A DNA stretch of 48,976 bases from Dehalococcoidia bacterium (GTDB lineage Bacteria > Chloroflexota > Dehalococcoidia > SM23-28-2 > HRBIN24): positions 1 through 48,976 of the forward strand of contig DAOTWZ010000079.1 in the NCBI GenBank assembly GCA_034435615.1, read 5' to 3'. A model generated the notes under the pieces. That model made no database searches and had not been told where the DNA came from. It worked only from the letters and a program-made list of their open reading frames with translations. Shown piece by piece: positions 20,439-30,402 of this stretch (the first letter of the stretch is position 1; each line of letters opens with the position of its first letter). Position numbers and translations under genes: made by a program.

Positions 20439-22925
20439 TTACCTGGAGCCTCGCCGCCACGACCACAGCCTCTCCAGGGCCATCCCCAGGAGGGCAGAGC
20501 GCAGATGGGGCCAGAGGCGTCGCAGCTCTTCCTCCTCCTCGCGAGTGGGCGGCACTCCGCCGTAGCGGGAGCGACTGTAGGCGCGGGCCAGGCGCTCGGC
20601 GTCGGCCACCTGGTAGAGACGTCGGCCCAGGCGCCGGCCGAACTCCAGCGGCGTCTCCCCCGGGCGCGGCCCCACGCCCCCCAGGCTGGCCAGGCGGACA
20701 GTCTTCTCCCACAGCTTGTGGACGTGGGGCAGGCGGGCCACCGGGGCCTCCCAGGCGAGGGCAAGGCCGCCCCCCATCAGCGCCAGGGCCAGGGCGACCC
20801 CTACCACGGACCAGAGGACGGCCGTCCGGGCGGGGCCGCCGCCCGTCACCTCGGCTGGCGGCGGGGGCGCCGCCTCCTGGGGCGGCGGCGGGGTGGCGGC
20901 GCCACCCTCGTCCAGGAAGCCGAAGTCGTCGAACCCCGTGCCGATGCCTCCCAGGATGGAGGGGTTGAAGGCGGCGGCCAGCCGCTCCGTGGGGTTAAAT
21001 GGCACCCAGCCGTAGCCCGGGAAGAAGACCTCCGGCCAGGCGAAGGTGTGGCGGGCCTCCACGCGGTAGGCCCCCAGCTCCGCGTCGTAGTCCAGGGGGA
21101 GGAGGACGAAGCCCACGGCCAGCCGTGCGGGCACGCCCAGGGAGCGCAGCATCACCACCATGGCGGAGGCGTGCAGCTCCGGCGAGCCCCGCCGCTCCTC
21201 GAACAGGAAGTAGTCCACGATGTCCCTCCCCGCCGGGGCGGAGCGAGCCCGCAGGTCCACGGGGAACCACTGCAGGAAGGACTCTATGGCCTTGGCCTGG
21301 TCATAGGGGGTCTGCGCGCGGGAGGTGATATCCCGGGCCAGCCGGGCCACTCGCCCCGGCAGATCTCCGGGGAGGGCCAGGTAGCGCTCTCGCACCCAGT
21401 CCGGGTAGTCGGTGCTGGCCTGTCGCAGGCGGTCGCCGGGCACCAGGGGGAGGATCCCCATGGCGGTGTAGGAGTCGCCCCGGCCCAGGCCGTGGTCGGG
21501 TACCAGGGAGGGGATATCGAAGATGGCGGCATCAGCGGGGAGGAGCCAGGCCTCCTCCAGGCGGTCGCGGGGGCCCCGCTCCGTCTCCAGCAGGAGGTAG
21601 CCCTGGGAGAGGAGGAAGCGCCGGAGCTCCTCATCGGAAGCGGAGGGGGAGAACTGTTGCATCGCCCGCTCCAGGGCGGCGCGGGCCCGTCGCTCCCCGT
21701 CCGTCTCGGGCAGGCGGCGACGCTCCGTCAGGACCACGTGCACCATCGCCTCCTCAGCGACGCGCGCCTTGGCGGGCACGCTCACGCCGATGGGATAGCC
21801 CGGGGTGAAGATGACGTCCCCCAGGATGCCGCCCCGCCGCAGCTCCACCTCCACGGTGGTGACGGCCTGGGGATTGAACAGGGAGGACAGCTCCTGCGGC
21901 ACCTCCACCTCCATACGGGGCCCCACGCGCCAGCCCCCGGGCGTGTACTCATCGTAGATGGAGCCTCGCAGCACCAGCGGCTGGGGCTCCGTCCCCGGCG
22001 GGAGGCGCACCCGCAGAAGCTCCCCCTGGGCGGGGAGGCCCAGGCGTCCCCGCAGGGGCAGCACCGATGTGTAGTCTCCAGAGGTGGGCAGCTTGCCGCC
22101 CTGCAGGGGGCCCGCCAGCCTCACCCAGTCATCGGCCAGGGACTGGACGGGCCGGCTGGCCAGCCCCCAGAGGTAGCCCAGGGGCCGGACGGGCCCCGTG
22201 GGCATGATCCAGGCCACCACCAGGAGGAGCACAGCCGCCCACAGCGTCAGGTGCAGGGTGCCCAGGCTGATGAGGGGTGGATAGTGGACCCCTTCGGCGC
22301 GCCAGCGGGCCAGGTGACGCATCAGGTTGGCACGGGAGATGAGAAGGAGGCTGGAGATGGCGTACAGGACGAAGGCCGCCAGCACTCCCTGGTCCAGCAC
22401 CACGAAGTTGACGAAGAGGGTGGCGCCGCCCAGCAGCAGCCCCAACCAGGGCTGCTGCCAGCGCAGCAGGCTCCAGATGAAGATGAAGGCCCCGCCCCAG
22501 GTGAGCCCTGCCACCAGCACAGCGAAGGGGAGGGAATCGTTGCTGATGCCGCCCCCCAGGACGATATCGAAGTAGCGCTCGAAGCGCAGGTAGAGGGCGT
22601 CCACCCTCCCCATGAAGCCCTCGCCCCCCGTCAGGAAGAGGGCCTGCAGGAAGGTGGAGAGGAGGGCCAGCACTATCCCCAGGGGCCAGGCCACCAGCAT
22701 GGGCAGGCGGCTACGGGCCAGGAGGAAGCCGGCTGCCATACCTCCAGCCCCCATCGCCATGAGGGAGGGCATGGTGTCCGCCCAGTTGGCCGCCTGGATG
22801 CTCCACGCCACCCCGGCGAAGGCCAGATAGGCGATGGCCAGGGTGAGCCACTCCTCCCAGTCCAGGGCCCTCGGCCAGGGCCGGCGGGCGGTCTCCAGGG
22901 CGTCAGCGGGGGTGGTCAGGGCCAC
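20439..22925 (-). CDS. Transglutaminase-like membrane protein (TgpA-type: N-terminal multi-TM, TGase core, C-terminal DUF4129-like region).
   Basis: The 828-aa product has an N-terminal series of hydrophobic helices and a transglutaminase core (ESFLQWFPVDLRA...ELHASAMVVMLRSLGVPARLAVGF). The GTG start follows GGAGGTGA. Confidence 0.8.
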   Translation of the reverse strand: MALTTPADALETARRPWPRALDWEEWLTLAIAYLAFAGVAWSIQAANWADTMPSLMAMGAGGMAAGFLLARSRLPMLVAWPLGIVLALLSTFLQALFLTGGEGFMGRVDALYLRFERYFDIVLGGGISNDSLPFAVLVAGLTWGGAFIFIWSLLRWQQPWLGLLLGGATLFVNFVVLDQGVLAAFVLYAISSLLLISRANLMRHLARWRAEGVHYPPLISLGTLHLTLWAAVLLLVVAWIMPTGPVRPLGYLWGLASRPVQSLADDWVRLAGPLQGGKLPTSGDYTSVLPLRGRLGLPAQGELLRVRLPPGTEPQPLVLRGSIYDEYTPGGWRVGPRMEVEVPQELSSLFNPQAVTTVEVELRRGGILGDVIFTPGYPIGVSVPAKARVAEEAMVHVVLTERRRLPETDGERRARAALERAMQQFSPSASDEELRRFLLSQGYLLLETERGPRDRLEEAWLLPADAAIFDIPSLVPDHGLGRGDSYTAMGILPLVPGDRLRQASTDYPDWVRERYLALPGDLPGRVARLARDITSRAQTPYDQAKAIESFLQWFPVDLRARSAPAGRDIVDYFLFEERRGSPELHASAMVVMLRSLGVPARLAVGFVLLPLDYDAELGAYRVEARHTFAWPEVFFPGYGWVPFNPTERLAAAFNPSILGGIGTGFDDFGFLDEGGAATPPPPQEAAPPPPAEVTGGGPARTAVLWSVVGVALALALMGGGLALAWEAPVARLPHVHKLWEKTVRLASLGGVGPRPGETPLEFGRRLGRRLYQVADAERLARAYSRSRYGGVPPTREEEEELRRLWPHLRSALLGMALERLWSWRRGSR

Positions 22926-22928
22926 CGT

Positions 22929-24236
22929 TCACCTCCGCGGTCCCGGCTGCTGCACCCAGTAACGCTCGCTGGCGCCGCCGGGGCCCAGGGCCACCGCCAG
23001 GTCATCGCCGCGGCGCACCAGGTAGGTGAGGATGTCGGCCGCCACCAGGGCCGTGTAGGGGATGAGGGCGGCCTCCCTGGCCCCGAAGGTACCGGCGTCC
23101 AGCAGTACCACCGCCGCCTGCACACCGTACTGGTGCAGCGTCTGGAGGACGCTCACCCACTCCTCACGGGTGGAGGGAGTGACGACGATGAGGATGCTCT
23201 GCCGGCCGAAGATGCGGGCCTGCTCCTGCAGCACCTCCTCCAGGGGCCGGTGCCCGTCCGCCCGCAGCACCGCCAGCGCCTCCATGAGCCGCTCGTAGTG
23301 CTTGGGCCCCCGGGAGGGCGTGAGGACGGTCAGGTCCTGGCCCTGGGCCAGGTAGCCCACCCTCAGGCCGGCCATCAGGAGCTTGTGGGCCAGGGAGCAG
23401 GCGATCCTGACGGCGTACTCCTCGGTGCTGTCCTCGCCCTGGCCGGCGTGGACGGTCGCCTCCAGGTCCAGGACGAGCCAGAGGTCGCTGGCGGGGTGGA
23501 CGTCGAAGGTCTTGACCATCAACCGTCCCAGGCGGGCGGTGGAGAGCCAGTGGATGCGGTTGAGGGGGTCCCCCGGCTGGTGCTCCCGTACACCGGCCAC
23601 GTTCGGGGTCACCTGAGGGGTAGGCCGGTGCCGGGGGCCCTGGGAGGCCAGGTAGGCCGGCGGCAGGGAGAGGTAGGGGAGCTCCTCCGGGGCGGGGTAG
23701 ACCAGCACCTTCCAGCGCTCGCCGAAGGTGGCCCTGGCCCGGAAGAGGCCGAAGGGGTCTCCTCCGCTGACTCGCACGGGGCCGAAGGTATAGAGCCCCC
23801 GCCGTTTGCAGGGGACGGCTTGCTGCCAGGAGACGACGCCCCGCCCGGGCACGGAGAGGACGGCCTTGGCCTGAGCGCCCGGCATATTGGTGGGGTCCTC
23901 AATCTCCAGCGCCAGCTTGGGCAGGGAGGAGAGGTTACGCACCTGGACGGTGGTGATGACGTCCTGCCCCATCTGGAGGCGGTCCGGCTGGCGCTCCACC
24001 TGCAGCTCCAGCTTCCAGGTGCTGGCCTGGGCCCACAGCCAGGCCAGGGGGAGAAGGGCCAGCAACAGGTAGGCGGCCCGTAGCAGGATCCAGTAACCGG
24101 ATGCCACCCCCAGGACGAGGAGGACCACCGCCAGGGAGATGACTATGAGGCGGTTCTGGGCCTCGCGTGGCCGGCTCAGCAGTCGCCCTAGACGCCCCGG
24201 GCCCTTACGCCCGGCACGGGAAGCCTCTCCAGACAC
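22929..24236 (-). CDS. DUF58 (vWA-like) protein, MoxR partner.
   Basis: The N-terminus has two TM helices, and a DUF58 signature is present ([29 protein letters not shown]). The GTG start overlaps the moxR 3' end by 49 nt. Confidence 0.75.
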   Translation of the reverse strand: MSGEASRAGRKGPGRLGRLLSRPREAQNRLIVISLAVVLLVLGVASGYWILLRAAYLLLALLPLAWLWAQASTWKLELQVERQPDRLQMGQDVITTVQVRNLSSLPKLALEIEDPTNMPGAQAKAVLSVPGRGVVSWQQAVPCKRRGLYTFGPVRVSGGDPFGLFRARATFGERWKVLVYPAPEELPYLSLPPAYLASQGPRHRPTPQVTPNVAGVREHQPGDPLNRIHWLSTARLGRLMVKTFDVHPASDLWLVLDLEATVHAGQGEDSTEEYAVRIACSLAHKLLMAGLRVGYLAQGQDLTVLTPSRGPKHYERLMEALAVLRADGHRPLEEVLQEQARIFGRQSILIVVTPSTREEWVSVLQTLHQYGVQAAVVLLDAGTFGAREAALIPYTALVAADILTYLVRRGDDLAVALGPGGASERYWVQQPGPRR

Positions 24237-25144
24237 TCCGCCACCACCTGCTCGGCGCTGACCCCCTTGACGCGACTGGTGGGGTGGACGATGATGCGGT
24301 GCCCCAGCACCGCCTGGGCCAGCGCCTTCACGTCGTCGGGCAGGACGTAATCGCGGCCGTCCAGCAGCGCCCGCGCCTGGGCGGCCCGCTGGAGGGCCAG
24401 AGAGCCCCGGGGGGAGGCCCCCAGGTAGACGCTATCGTGCCGGCGGGTGGCGTCCACCAGGCCGGCTATGTATCGCTTGACCAGGGGATCCACGGAGACC
24501 CGGCGAACGGTAGCCTGCAGGTGCAAGACGTCCTCCGGCTGACAGACTGGCTCCAGCGCCTCTATGGGATGCGACAGCGCCTGGCGCTCCATGATGGTCA
24601 CCTCGTCCTCCGGGGCCGGGTAGCCCAGGTGCAGGCGCATCAGGAAGCGGTCTAGCTGGGCCTCCGGCAGGGGGAAGGTGCCCTCGTACTCCACCGAGTT
24701 CTGGGTGGCCAGCACCAGGAAGGGGCGCGGCAGGGGGTAGGTGACCCCTTCCACGGTTATCTGCCGCTCCTCCATGGCCTCCAGAAGGGCCGACTGCGCC
24801 TTGGGGGTGGCGCGGTTGATCTCGTCGGCCAGGACGATCTGGGCCATGATGGGCCCCGGCCGGAACTCGAAGTCTCCCGTCTTCTGGTTGTAGAGGGAGG
24901 CGCCGGTGACGTCCGAGGGCAGAAGGTCAGGCGTGAACTGGATGCGCCGGAAGGAGCAGCCACTGGAGCGGGCCAGGCTGCGGGCCAGCATCGTCTTGCC
25001 CACGCCGGGGACGTCTTCGATGAGGAGGTGCCCCTCGGCCATCAGAGCGATGACCGCCAGCTCCACCTCCCGCCGCTTCCCCACCATCACCCGCTCCACG
25101 TTATCGATCAAGCGCCGGGCCAGCTCTCTAGCCTCCTCCATCAA
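24188..25144 (-). CDS. MoxR-family AAA+ ATPase.
   Basis: The product contains [21 protein letters not shown] and [26 protein letters not shown], which are canonical MoxR features. Confidence 0.9.
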   Translation of the reverse strand: MMEEARELARRLIDNVERVMVGKRREVELAVIALMAEGHLLIEDVPGVGKTMLARSLARSSGCSFRRIQFTPDLLPSDVTGASLYNQKTGDFEFRPGPIMAQIVLADEINRATPKAQSALLEAMEERQITVEGVTYPLPRPFLVLATQNSVEYEGTFPLPEAQLDRFLMRLHLGYPAPEDEVTIMERQALSHPIEALEPVCQPEDVLHLQATVRRVSVDPLVKRYIAGLVDATRRHDSVYLGASPRGSLALQRAAQARALLDGRDYVLPDDVKALAQAVLGHRIIVHPTSRVKGVSAEQVVAECLERLPVPGVRARGV

Positions 25145-25216
25145 ACCTCCTCCTCTTGCTGCCTTCCGTGGTGGCCGACAGGGCCATCGGGCATCGAAGC
25201 GCGTTATCGGCCCTTC

Positions 25217-25242
25217 GCTATGGCTATATGGCTATTATAGCC
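25217..25242. repeat. Tandem GCTATG/GGCTAT repeats ending in the palindrome GGCTAT-T-ATAGCC.
   Basis: It sits in the 168-bp divergent region between moxR and the M23 peptidase gene. It is an AT-rich island. Confidence 0.45.
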
Positions 25243-25270
25243 TACGCCATTGTTGGCCGCCTGGCCAAGC

Positions 25271-25299
25271 TTGGCCCTCCGGGCCCCGTCCCCTAATAT
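25271..25299 (+). promoter_or_regulatory. Promoter TTGGCC-17-TAATAT for the M23 peptidase gene, nearly leaderless.
   Basis: The hexamers lie at 25271-25276 and 25294-25299. The ATG is at 25313. Confidence 0.4.
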
Positions 25300-25312
25300 A
25301 CGTTCCAGGACG

Positions 25313-26233
25313 ATGATGGGTGGCCGCGCCGGGGCGCTATTTCTGGCCCTCGTCCTCCTTCTCCTCGCCGGCTGTGGCGGCGGGGGAGCGGGGGCGCCCC
25401 AGGTCTCTCATCTGGCTGGCCGACCGACGCCAACGTCCGTCCCCACGCCACCCCTGCCGGAGCTGGAGCTCAGGGGCGTCCCTGCCCGCCAGGGGACGGC
25501 CTTCCTGGTAGTGGCCCGCCACCTGGTGGGGACGAGGCTGCAGGTCAGCTTCGCTGGCTCCCTCTATCCCCTGTTGCGTCAGGGCGGCGCCTTCTTCGCC
25601 TATGTCCCCGTGGATGTGGCCCTGCCGCCCGGGCCCTACCGTCTGGAGGTGGTGCAGGAGGACCTGGTGCTGGCCGCCGCCAACCTGGAGGTGATGGACG
25701 GGGGCTTCCCCCGGGAGGTGCTGCCCCTTCCCCCAGAGACGAGCCGCCTCCTGCTGGACGCCCAGGCCATCGAGCAGGAGAACCAGGCCCTGGCCGCCGC
25801 CCACGCCAGCTTCCGGCCGGAGCGGCTGTGGCAGGGGCCGTGGGTGCTGCCGGCCCAGGGCCCCTTCAGCGATCCCTTCGGCCTGATGCGCTCCCTGGCC
25901 GGCGGCCCCTTCTCTCCCCACTCCGGGCTGGACATCGCTGCCCCGGAGGGGGCGCCGGTGGTGGCGCCCGCACGGGGAGTGGTGGTGCTGGCCCAGCCCC
26001 TCCACCTGCGGGGGCTCTCGGTGGTCATAGACCACGGCGCCGGCGTGGTGAGCGGCTATCATCACCTGTCGTCGCTGGCGGTGACGGCCGGGCAGGTGGT
26101 GGAGCAGGGACAGGCCATCGGCGCCGTGGGGAGCACCGGCCTGTCCACGGGGCCCCATCTGCACTGGGAGGTGGTGGTGCAGGGGGTGAGGGTGGACCCG
26201 CTGGTCTGGCTGCAGGCACCCCTGGAGCCCTAG
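25313..26233 (+). CDS. M23-family metallopeptidase lipoprotein.
   Basis: A signal/lipobox is present (LLLLAGCGGG). The M23 HxxxD and HxH motifs appear as HSGLDIAAPEGAPV and GSTGLSTGPHLHWEV. Confidence 0.8.
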   Translation: MMGGRAGALFLALVLLLLAGCGGGGAGAPQVSHLAGRPTPTSVPTPPLPELELRGVPARQGTAFLVVARHLVGTRLQVSFAGSLYPLLRQGGAFFAYVPVDVALPPGPYRLEVVQEDLVLAAANLEVMDGGFPREVLPLPPETSRLLLDAQAIEQENQALAAAHASFRPERLWQGPWVLPAQGPFSDPFGLMRSLAGGPFSPHSGLDIAAPEGAPVVAPARGVVVLAQPLHLRGLSVVIDHGAGVVSGYHHLSSLAVTAGQVVEQGQAIGAVGSTGLSTGPHLHWEVVVQGVRVDPLVWLQAPLEP

Positions 26234-26967
26234 GGGGAGAACTCGCCCAGCTCGTAGAGGACCAGGGCGGCCGCCACCAGGGCCGCCGTCTCCGCCCGCA
26301 GGACGCGCCGGCCAAGGGAGACCACCTGAAACCCCGCCTGGCGGGCCAGCTCCACCTCGTCGACCTCTAGGCCGCCCTCGGGCCCCACCAGGAGGGAGAC
26401 CTCCGCCACGCTGCCCCTCGCCCGGGAGAGGGGCTCCTGGATGCCCCGCTCCCGCTCTCCCTCCCAGGGCAGGAGGCGGAGGCCGCTGGCCAGCCGCACC
26501 GCCTCCGGCAGGGGAACGGGAGAGGAGAGCTCCGGGGGCCGGGCGCGACCGCACTGCTCCGTCGCCTCGATGACGATGCGCCGCCAGCGCTCCTGCTTGG
26601 CGCTGCCCTCCTTCCAGGGGCGCACCACGGAGCGCCGGGTGACCACGGGGACGATCTCCGCCACTCCCAGCTCCGTAGCCTTCTCCAGCACCAGCTCAAA
26701 GCGAGGCTCCTTGACCAGCCCGGCGAAGAGACGGAGACGCGCCGCCGGCTCGGGCGGAGAGGGGTGGTCGGCCAGGACGGTGGCGGTCACGGCCTTGGGG
26801 GAGACGGAGACCAGTTCCACCTCCCACTCCTTGCCGGAGCCGTCGAAGAGGAGCAGCTTCTCGCCGGGGCGCAGCCGCAGGACGCGGGAGAGGCGCCAGG
26901 CCAGCTCAGGGCCAAGGGTAGCGCGTCGCCCCTGGACGGTGCCGGCGTCCACGTAGAACCTACGCAT
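26230..26967 (-). CDS. rsmE: 16S rRNA (uracil1498-N3)-methyltransferase RsmE.
   Basis: The product begins MRRFYVD, with a PUA-like N-terminus and a SPOUT C-terminus. It overlaps prmA by 8 nt. Confidence 0.85.
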   Translation of the reverse strand: MRRFYVDAGTVQGRRATLGPELAWRLSRVLRLRPGEKLLLFDGSGKEWEVELVSVSPKAVTATVLADHPSPPEPAARLRLFAGLVKEPRFELVLEKATELGVAEIVPVVTRRSVVRPWKEGSAKQERWRRIVIEATEQCGRARPPELSSPVPLPEAVRLASGLRLLPWEGERERGIQEPLSRARGSVAEVSLLVGPEGGLEVDEVELARQAGFQVVSLGRRVLRAETAALVAAALVLYELGEFSP

Positions 26968-27889
26968 CCTCCTTCACCGCCAGGAGGGCCGCCCAGGGCG
27001 GGTCCTCCAGCCGCTCCAGCGTCCGCAGGCCGTGGCGGGAGAGGGCCCGGGCCAGGGCATCGGCGCTCTCCTGCAGGAAGCCACTGGCCACCAGGCGGCC
27101 CCCGGGCGCCAGCGCCCGGGCCAGGAGGGGCGCCAGCCGCTCCAGCGTCAGCCCGTCTATGTTGACGGCGATCACCTGGAAGGGCCCCTCCCCGGCCACC
27201 TCCGGCGTGAGGGTGCCCAGCCGGGCGCAGACCCGCTCCGCCACGCCGTTGCGGCGGGCGTTCTCCCCGGCCGCCCGCACCGCCTGGGGGTCTATGTCCA
27301 GGGCCAGGACGGGGGCCGCCCCCAGCTTGGCGGCGGCGATGGCCAGGATGCCGGTGCCGGTGCCCAGGTCCAGGGCCCTGTCCCCCGGCCGCACCGCCCT
27401 CTGGAGGGCCCGCAGGCACATGGCGGTGGTGGGGTGCTCACCGGTGCCGAAGGCAAGGCCGGGGTCGATCTCGATGACGATGTCGCCAGCGCGGGCCTCC
27501 CGCCTGTCCCAGGAGTGGTTCACCAGCACGCGGCCGATGCGCCGCGCCCGCAGGTGGCGCTGCCAGGAGCGCTGCCAGTCCTCCGCCCTCAGGCGGCGGG
27601 GGCGCAGCCAGCGGGGCGGCCGGCGCAGGGGGGCGAAGCGGAGGGCCAGCCGCAGGGAGCGGCGGCGCTGCGGCGTCGCCTCGTCCGAGGGCAGGTAGGC
27701 GCGGACGAGGGCGCGGCGGGCGCTGGCGGCGATGTCTCCCTCCGGGGTGGCGGCCCACCCAGCACCTTCCGGGAAGGGGCCCCGGTACTCCACAGCCACT
27801 CCGCCGGGGCAGTGCTGGCGGAGGAGGTCGGCCACCAGTTCGGCGTCGGCCGGGTCGGTCTCCAGAGTGATCTCCGTCCACATGGCCAC
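26960..27889 (-). CDS. prmA: Ribosomal protein L11 methyltransferase.
   Basis: The product has a SAM-binding motif (DLGTGTGILAIAAAKLGA) and PrmA N-terminal and C-terminal regions. Confidence 0.85.
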   Translation of the reverse strand: MAMWTEITLETDPADAELVADLLRQHCPGGVAVEYRGPFPEGAGWAATPEGDIAASARRALVRAYLPSDEATPQRRRSLRLALRFAPLRRPPRWLRPRRLRAEDWQRSWQRHLRARRIGRVLVNHSWDRREARAGDIVIEIDPGLAFGTGEHPTTAMCLRALQRAVRPGDRALDLGTGTGILAIAAAKLGAAPVLALDIDPQAVRAAGENARRNGVAERVCARLGTLTPEVAGEGPFQVIAVNIDGLTLERLAPLLARALAPGGRLVASGFLQESADALARALSRHGLRTLERLEDPPWAALLAVKEDA

Positions 27890-27911
27890 GATAGCCCGGC
27901 CCCGGGCGGGG

Positions 27912-29036
27912 TCAGGTGAGGGCGTCCCAGATGCGGCTCAGGATGCCGCGGTCGCCGTCGCTGTGGACAGGGGTGCCGAAGCTGTCGGCCAGGGCCTCCA
28001 GGAGCCGCCGCTGCTGCTCGGTGAGCCGCCGCGGGACGACGACGCTCACCTGGACGCGCAGGTCGCCGCGGCCGCCGTCATGAACGTGGGGGATGCCTTT
28101 CCCCTTGATGACGAACTCCTGGCCGCTCTGGGTGCCCGCCGGGATGCGCAGGAGGTGGTAGCCACCCTCCAGGAGGGGTATGCCGGCGTCGCACCCCAGG
28201 GCGGCCTGGGCGATGTTCAGCTCCAGGCGGTAGAGCAGGTCGTAGCCCTCCCGCTGGAAGTAGGGGTGGGGCCGGAGCCGTATGGTGATGTAGAGGTTGC
28301 CGGCGGGGCCGCCGTTGGGGCCGGCGTCGCCCTCGCCGCTGAGGCGCATCTGGGTGCCATCGTCCACGCCGGCCGGCACCTTCACCACGAGGCGACGGGT
28401 GCGGCGCTGGCGGCCGGAGCCGCGGCAGTCGCGGCAGGGATGGGTGATGATGCGGCCCTCGCCGCGACACTGGGGGCAGGTGGCGACGTTGATGAACTGG
28501 CCGAAGATGTTGCGGTGGACGCGCCGCACCTCACCCAGGCCGCCGCAGGAGGGGCAGGTGGCAGGGCCAGCGCCGGGCTCGCTGCCGGAGCCGCCGCAGC
28601 GGGAGCAGGCCTCCGCCCGCGTCACCTCTATCTCCTTCTCGCAGCCGAAGGCGGCCTCCTCCAGCTCCAGCTCCAGGGTGAGGCGGCGGTCGGCCCCCCG
28701 CTGCGTCTCCCGGCGGAAGGTGGCCCCGGTGCCGCCGAAGAAGGCGTCGAAGATGTCGCCCCAGCCGCCGAACTGGAAGCCCTCGAAGGGCCGCCCCGCC
28801 GGGGCGCCCTGAAGGCCGGCGTGGCCGTAGCGGTCGTACAGGGCCCGCTTTTCGGGGTCGGAGAGGACTTCGTAGGCCTCGCTGATCTCCTTGAAGCGCT
28901 CTTCGGCGTCCTTCTCCTTGTTGCGGTCGGGGTGGTACTTCATGGCCAGCCGGCGGAAGGCGCGCTTTATCTCCTCCATGCTGGCGTTGCGGGGCACGCC
29001 CAGCACCTCGTAGTAGTCGCGCTTGGTGGCGGCCAT
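27912..29036 (-). CDS. dnaJ: Chaperone DnaJ.
   Basis: A J-domain is present (YYEVLGV...HPDRN), followed by a G/F-rich linker and four CxxCxGxG zinc-finger repeats. Confidence 0.95.
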   Translation of the reverse strand: MAATKRDYYEVLGVPRNASMEEIKRAFRRLAMKYHPDRNKEKDAEERFKEISEAYEVLSDPEKRALYDRYGHAGLQGAPAGRPFEGFQFGGWGDIFDAFFGGTGATFRRETQRGADRRLTLELELEEAAFGCEKEIEVTRAEACSRCGGSGSEPGAGPATCPSCGGLGEVRRVHRNIFGQFINVATCPQCRGEGRIITHPCRDCRGSGRQRRTRRLVVKVPAGVDDGTQMRLSGEGDAGPNGGPAGNLYITIRLRPHPYFQREGYDLLYRLELNIAQAALGCDAGIPLLEGGYHLLRIPAGTQSGQEFVIKGKGIPHVHDGGRGDLRVQVSVVVPRRLTEQQRRLLEALADSFGTPVHSDGDRGILSRIWDALT

Positions 29037-29046
29037 GGCAAGCTCA

Positions 29047-29052
29047 ATTGTA
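29047..29052 (-). promoter_or_regulatory. -10 TACAAT lying 10 nt upstream of the dnaJ ATG (leaderless-type).
   Basis: It is the reverse complement of ATTGTA. There is no SD before the ATG. Confidence 0.35.
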
Positions 29053-29131
29053 GCAGAGGGTCAGGGGTGGAAGGAGAGGCGAGGATGTGGCCCCAGCGTC
29101 GGGTGGTCTCGCTTTCAGGGAAGAAAAGGTT

Positions 29132-29207
29132 TGGTGGAGATAGCGGGGCTCGAACCCGCAGCCTCCGCGATGCGAACGCGGCGCTCTCCCAATTGAGCTA
29201 TATCCCC
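29132..29207 (-). tRNA. tRNA-Ala (anticodon CGC) with encoded CCA.
   Basis: The reverse complement GGGGAUAUAGCUCAAUUGGGAGAGCGCCGCGUUCGCAUCGCGGAGGCUGCGGGUUCGAGCCCCGCUAUCUCCACCA folds as a cloverleaf. The G3:U70 Ala identity pair is present, and the anticodon loop is UUCGCAU. Confidence 0.9.
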
Positions 29208-29243
29208 ACCAGTCCGGATTTTAGGCCGGGGAGCCCGGCGGCG

Positions 29244-29798
29244 TCAATCGCCGCGGCGGGCCTCCGGCAGGAGGCCAGGCACCTCCTCCACCAGGAGGCG
29301 CCCCCCAGCCAGGTCCACCTCGGTGATGAACTCGTCCACGGCGGGGACCAGCACCTCCCCCAGGGGGCCGTGGACCAGGAGGACATCGTTGGCTCCGGTG
29401 GGGAGCACCTGGACCACCTGGCCCAGGTAGACGCCGGCGGTGGTGTGCACCTCTAGCCCTATGAGCTGGAAGTAGTAGTACTCGCCCTCTCCCAGCTCCT
29501 GGAGCTCCTGCTCCGCCACCTCCAGATAGAGGGAGCGGTAGCCTTCGGCCTGCTCCCGGCTGTCGATGCCGCTCAGCTTGAGGTAGGCCCGTCCCCTGTA
29601 CCAGTGGGCTCGCTCTATGACCCGGCGTTCCCCCGCCAGATAGACGGAGCGCCCCGGGGAGAGGAGCTCCGCCTCGGCCAGGGGAAGTATGGCCAGCTCC
29701 CCCAGGAGGCCCCAGGGCCGCACCACGCGGCCCACGGCCACCATCTGTCCAGCGGGAGCGTCAGGATGCGGACGCGGTGCAGCGTCCCTCTCGGCCAT
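29244..29798 (-). CDS. rimM: Ribosome maturation factor RimM.
   Basis: The product contains VAVGRVVRPWGLLGEL...GEYYYFQLIGLEV, with RimM N-terminal and PRC-barrel motifs. Confidence 0.8.
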   Translation of the reverse strand: MAERDAAPRPHPDAPAGQMVAVGRVVRPWGLLGELAILPLAEAELLSPGRSVYLAGERRVIERAHWYRGRAYLKLSGIDSREQAEGYRSLYLEVAEQELQELGEGEYYYFQLIGLEVHTTAGVYLGQVVQVLPTGANDVLLVHGPLGEVLVPAVDEFITEVDLAGGRLLVEEVPGLLPEARRGD

Positions 29799-29816
29799 CG
29801 GCTCTCACGGGCCGCC

Positions 29817-30044
29817 CTAGCCGATCTCCAGGACCGCCCGCACGCCCTGCCGGGCAGCCGCCACCCGCAGGAGGGTGCGCAGGGCGTTGGCGATACGGCC
29901 CTGCTTGCCTATGATGCGGCCCATATCAGCATCGGCCACCCTCAGGTGAAGGACGATGTGGTCGCCCTTGTCTTCCTCCGTCACCACCACCTGGTCCGGG
30001 TAGTCGACGATGGCACGGGCCACGAACTCCACCAGCTCCTTCAT
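29817..30044 (-). CDS. KH-domain RNA-binding protein (YlqC/UPF0109 family).
   Basis: The 75-aa product has a KH motif ([19 protein letters not shown]). Its position between rpsP and rimM matches Firmicutes. Confidence 0.8.
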   Translation of the reverse strand: MKELVEFVARAIVDYPDQVVVTEEDKGDHIVLHLRVADADMGRIIGKQGRIANALRTLLRVAAARQGVRAVLEIG

Positions 30045-30050
30045 GGAAGG

Positions 30051-30383
30051 TTACTCCTGCTCCGCCGGGCGTCCGCCACCCGCCTGACTGGCCTGCAGCC
30101 GCCGCAGGTGCTTGGTGTAGACGTAGGGCGGCAGGCCAGCCTTCTCCATCACTCCGAGACGGGTGAGGAGCTTGGCCGCCGCCTCGGAGGGCTGGGCCCC
30201 CTGCTTCAGCCAGTAGATGGCCCGCTCCTCCTGGACGCTCACCTTGGCCGGGTCCGGGAGCGGGTCATAGTGGCCGATGATCTCCAGGAAGCGCCCGTCC
30301 CGGGGGGCGCGGGAGTCGGCCACCACCAGCCGGTAGAAGGGGCGGTTGCGTCTGCCCATGCGTGATAGCCTGATCCTCAGCAA
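30051..30383 (-). CDS. rpsP: 30S ribosomal protein S16 with a C-terminal extension.
   Basis: The product begins MLRIRLSRMGRRNRPFYRLVVADSRAPRDGRFLE. Confidence 0.9.
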   Translation of the reverse strand: MLRIRLSRMGRRNRPFYRLVVADSRAPRDGRFLEIIGHYDPLPDPAKVSVQEERAIYWLKQGAQPSEAAAKLLTRLGVMEKAGLPPYVYTKHLRRLQASQAGGGRPAEQE

Positions 30384-30402
30384 GCTAGCACCTCCAGTTC
30401 CC

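Noticed and set aside
20355-24083. A 1242-aa plus-strand ORF.
   Set aside because: It is antisense to the transglutaminase and DUF58 genes. It has no domain signal and is a typical high-GC shadow ORF.
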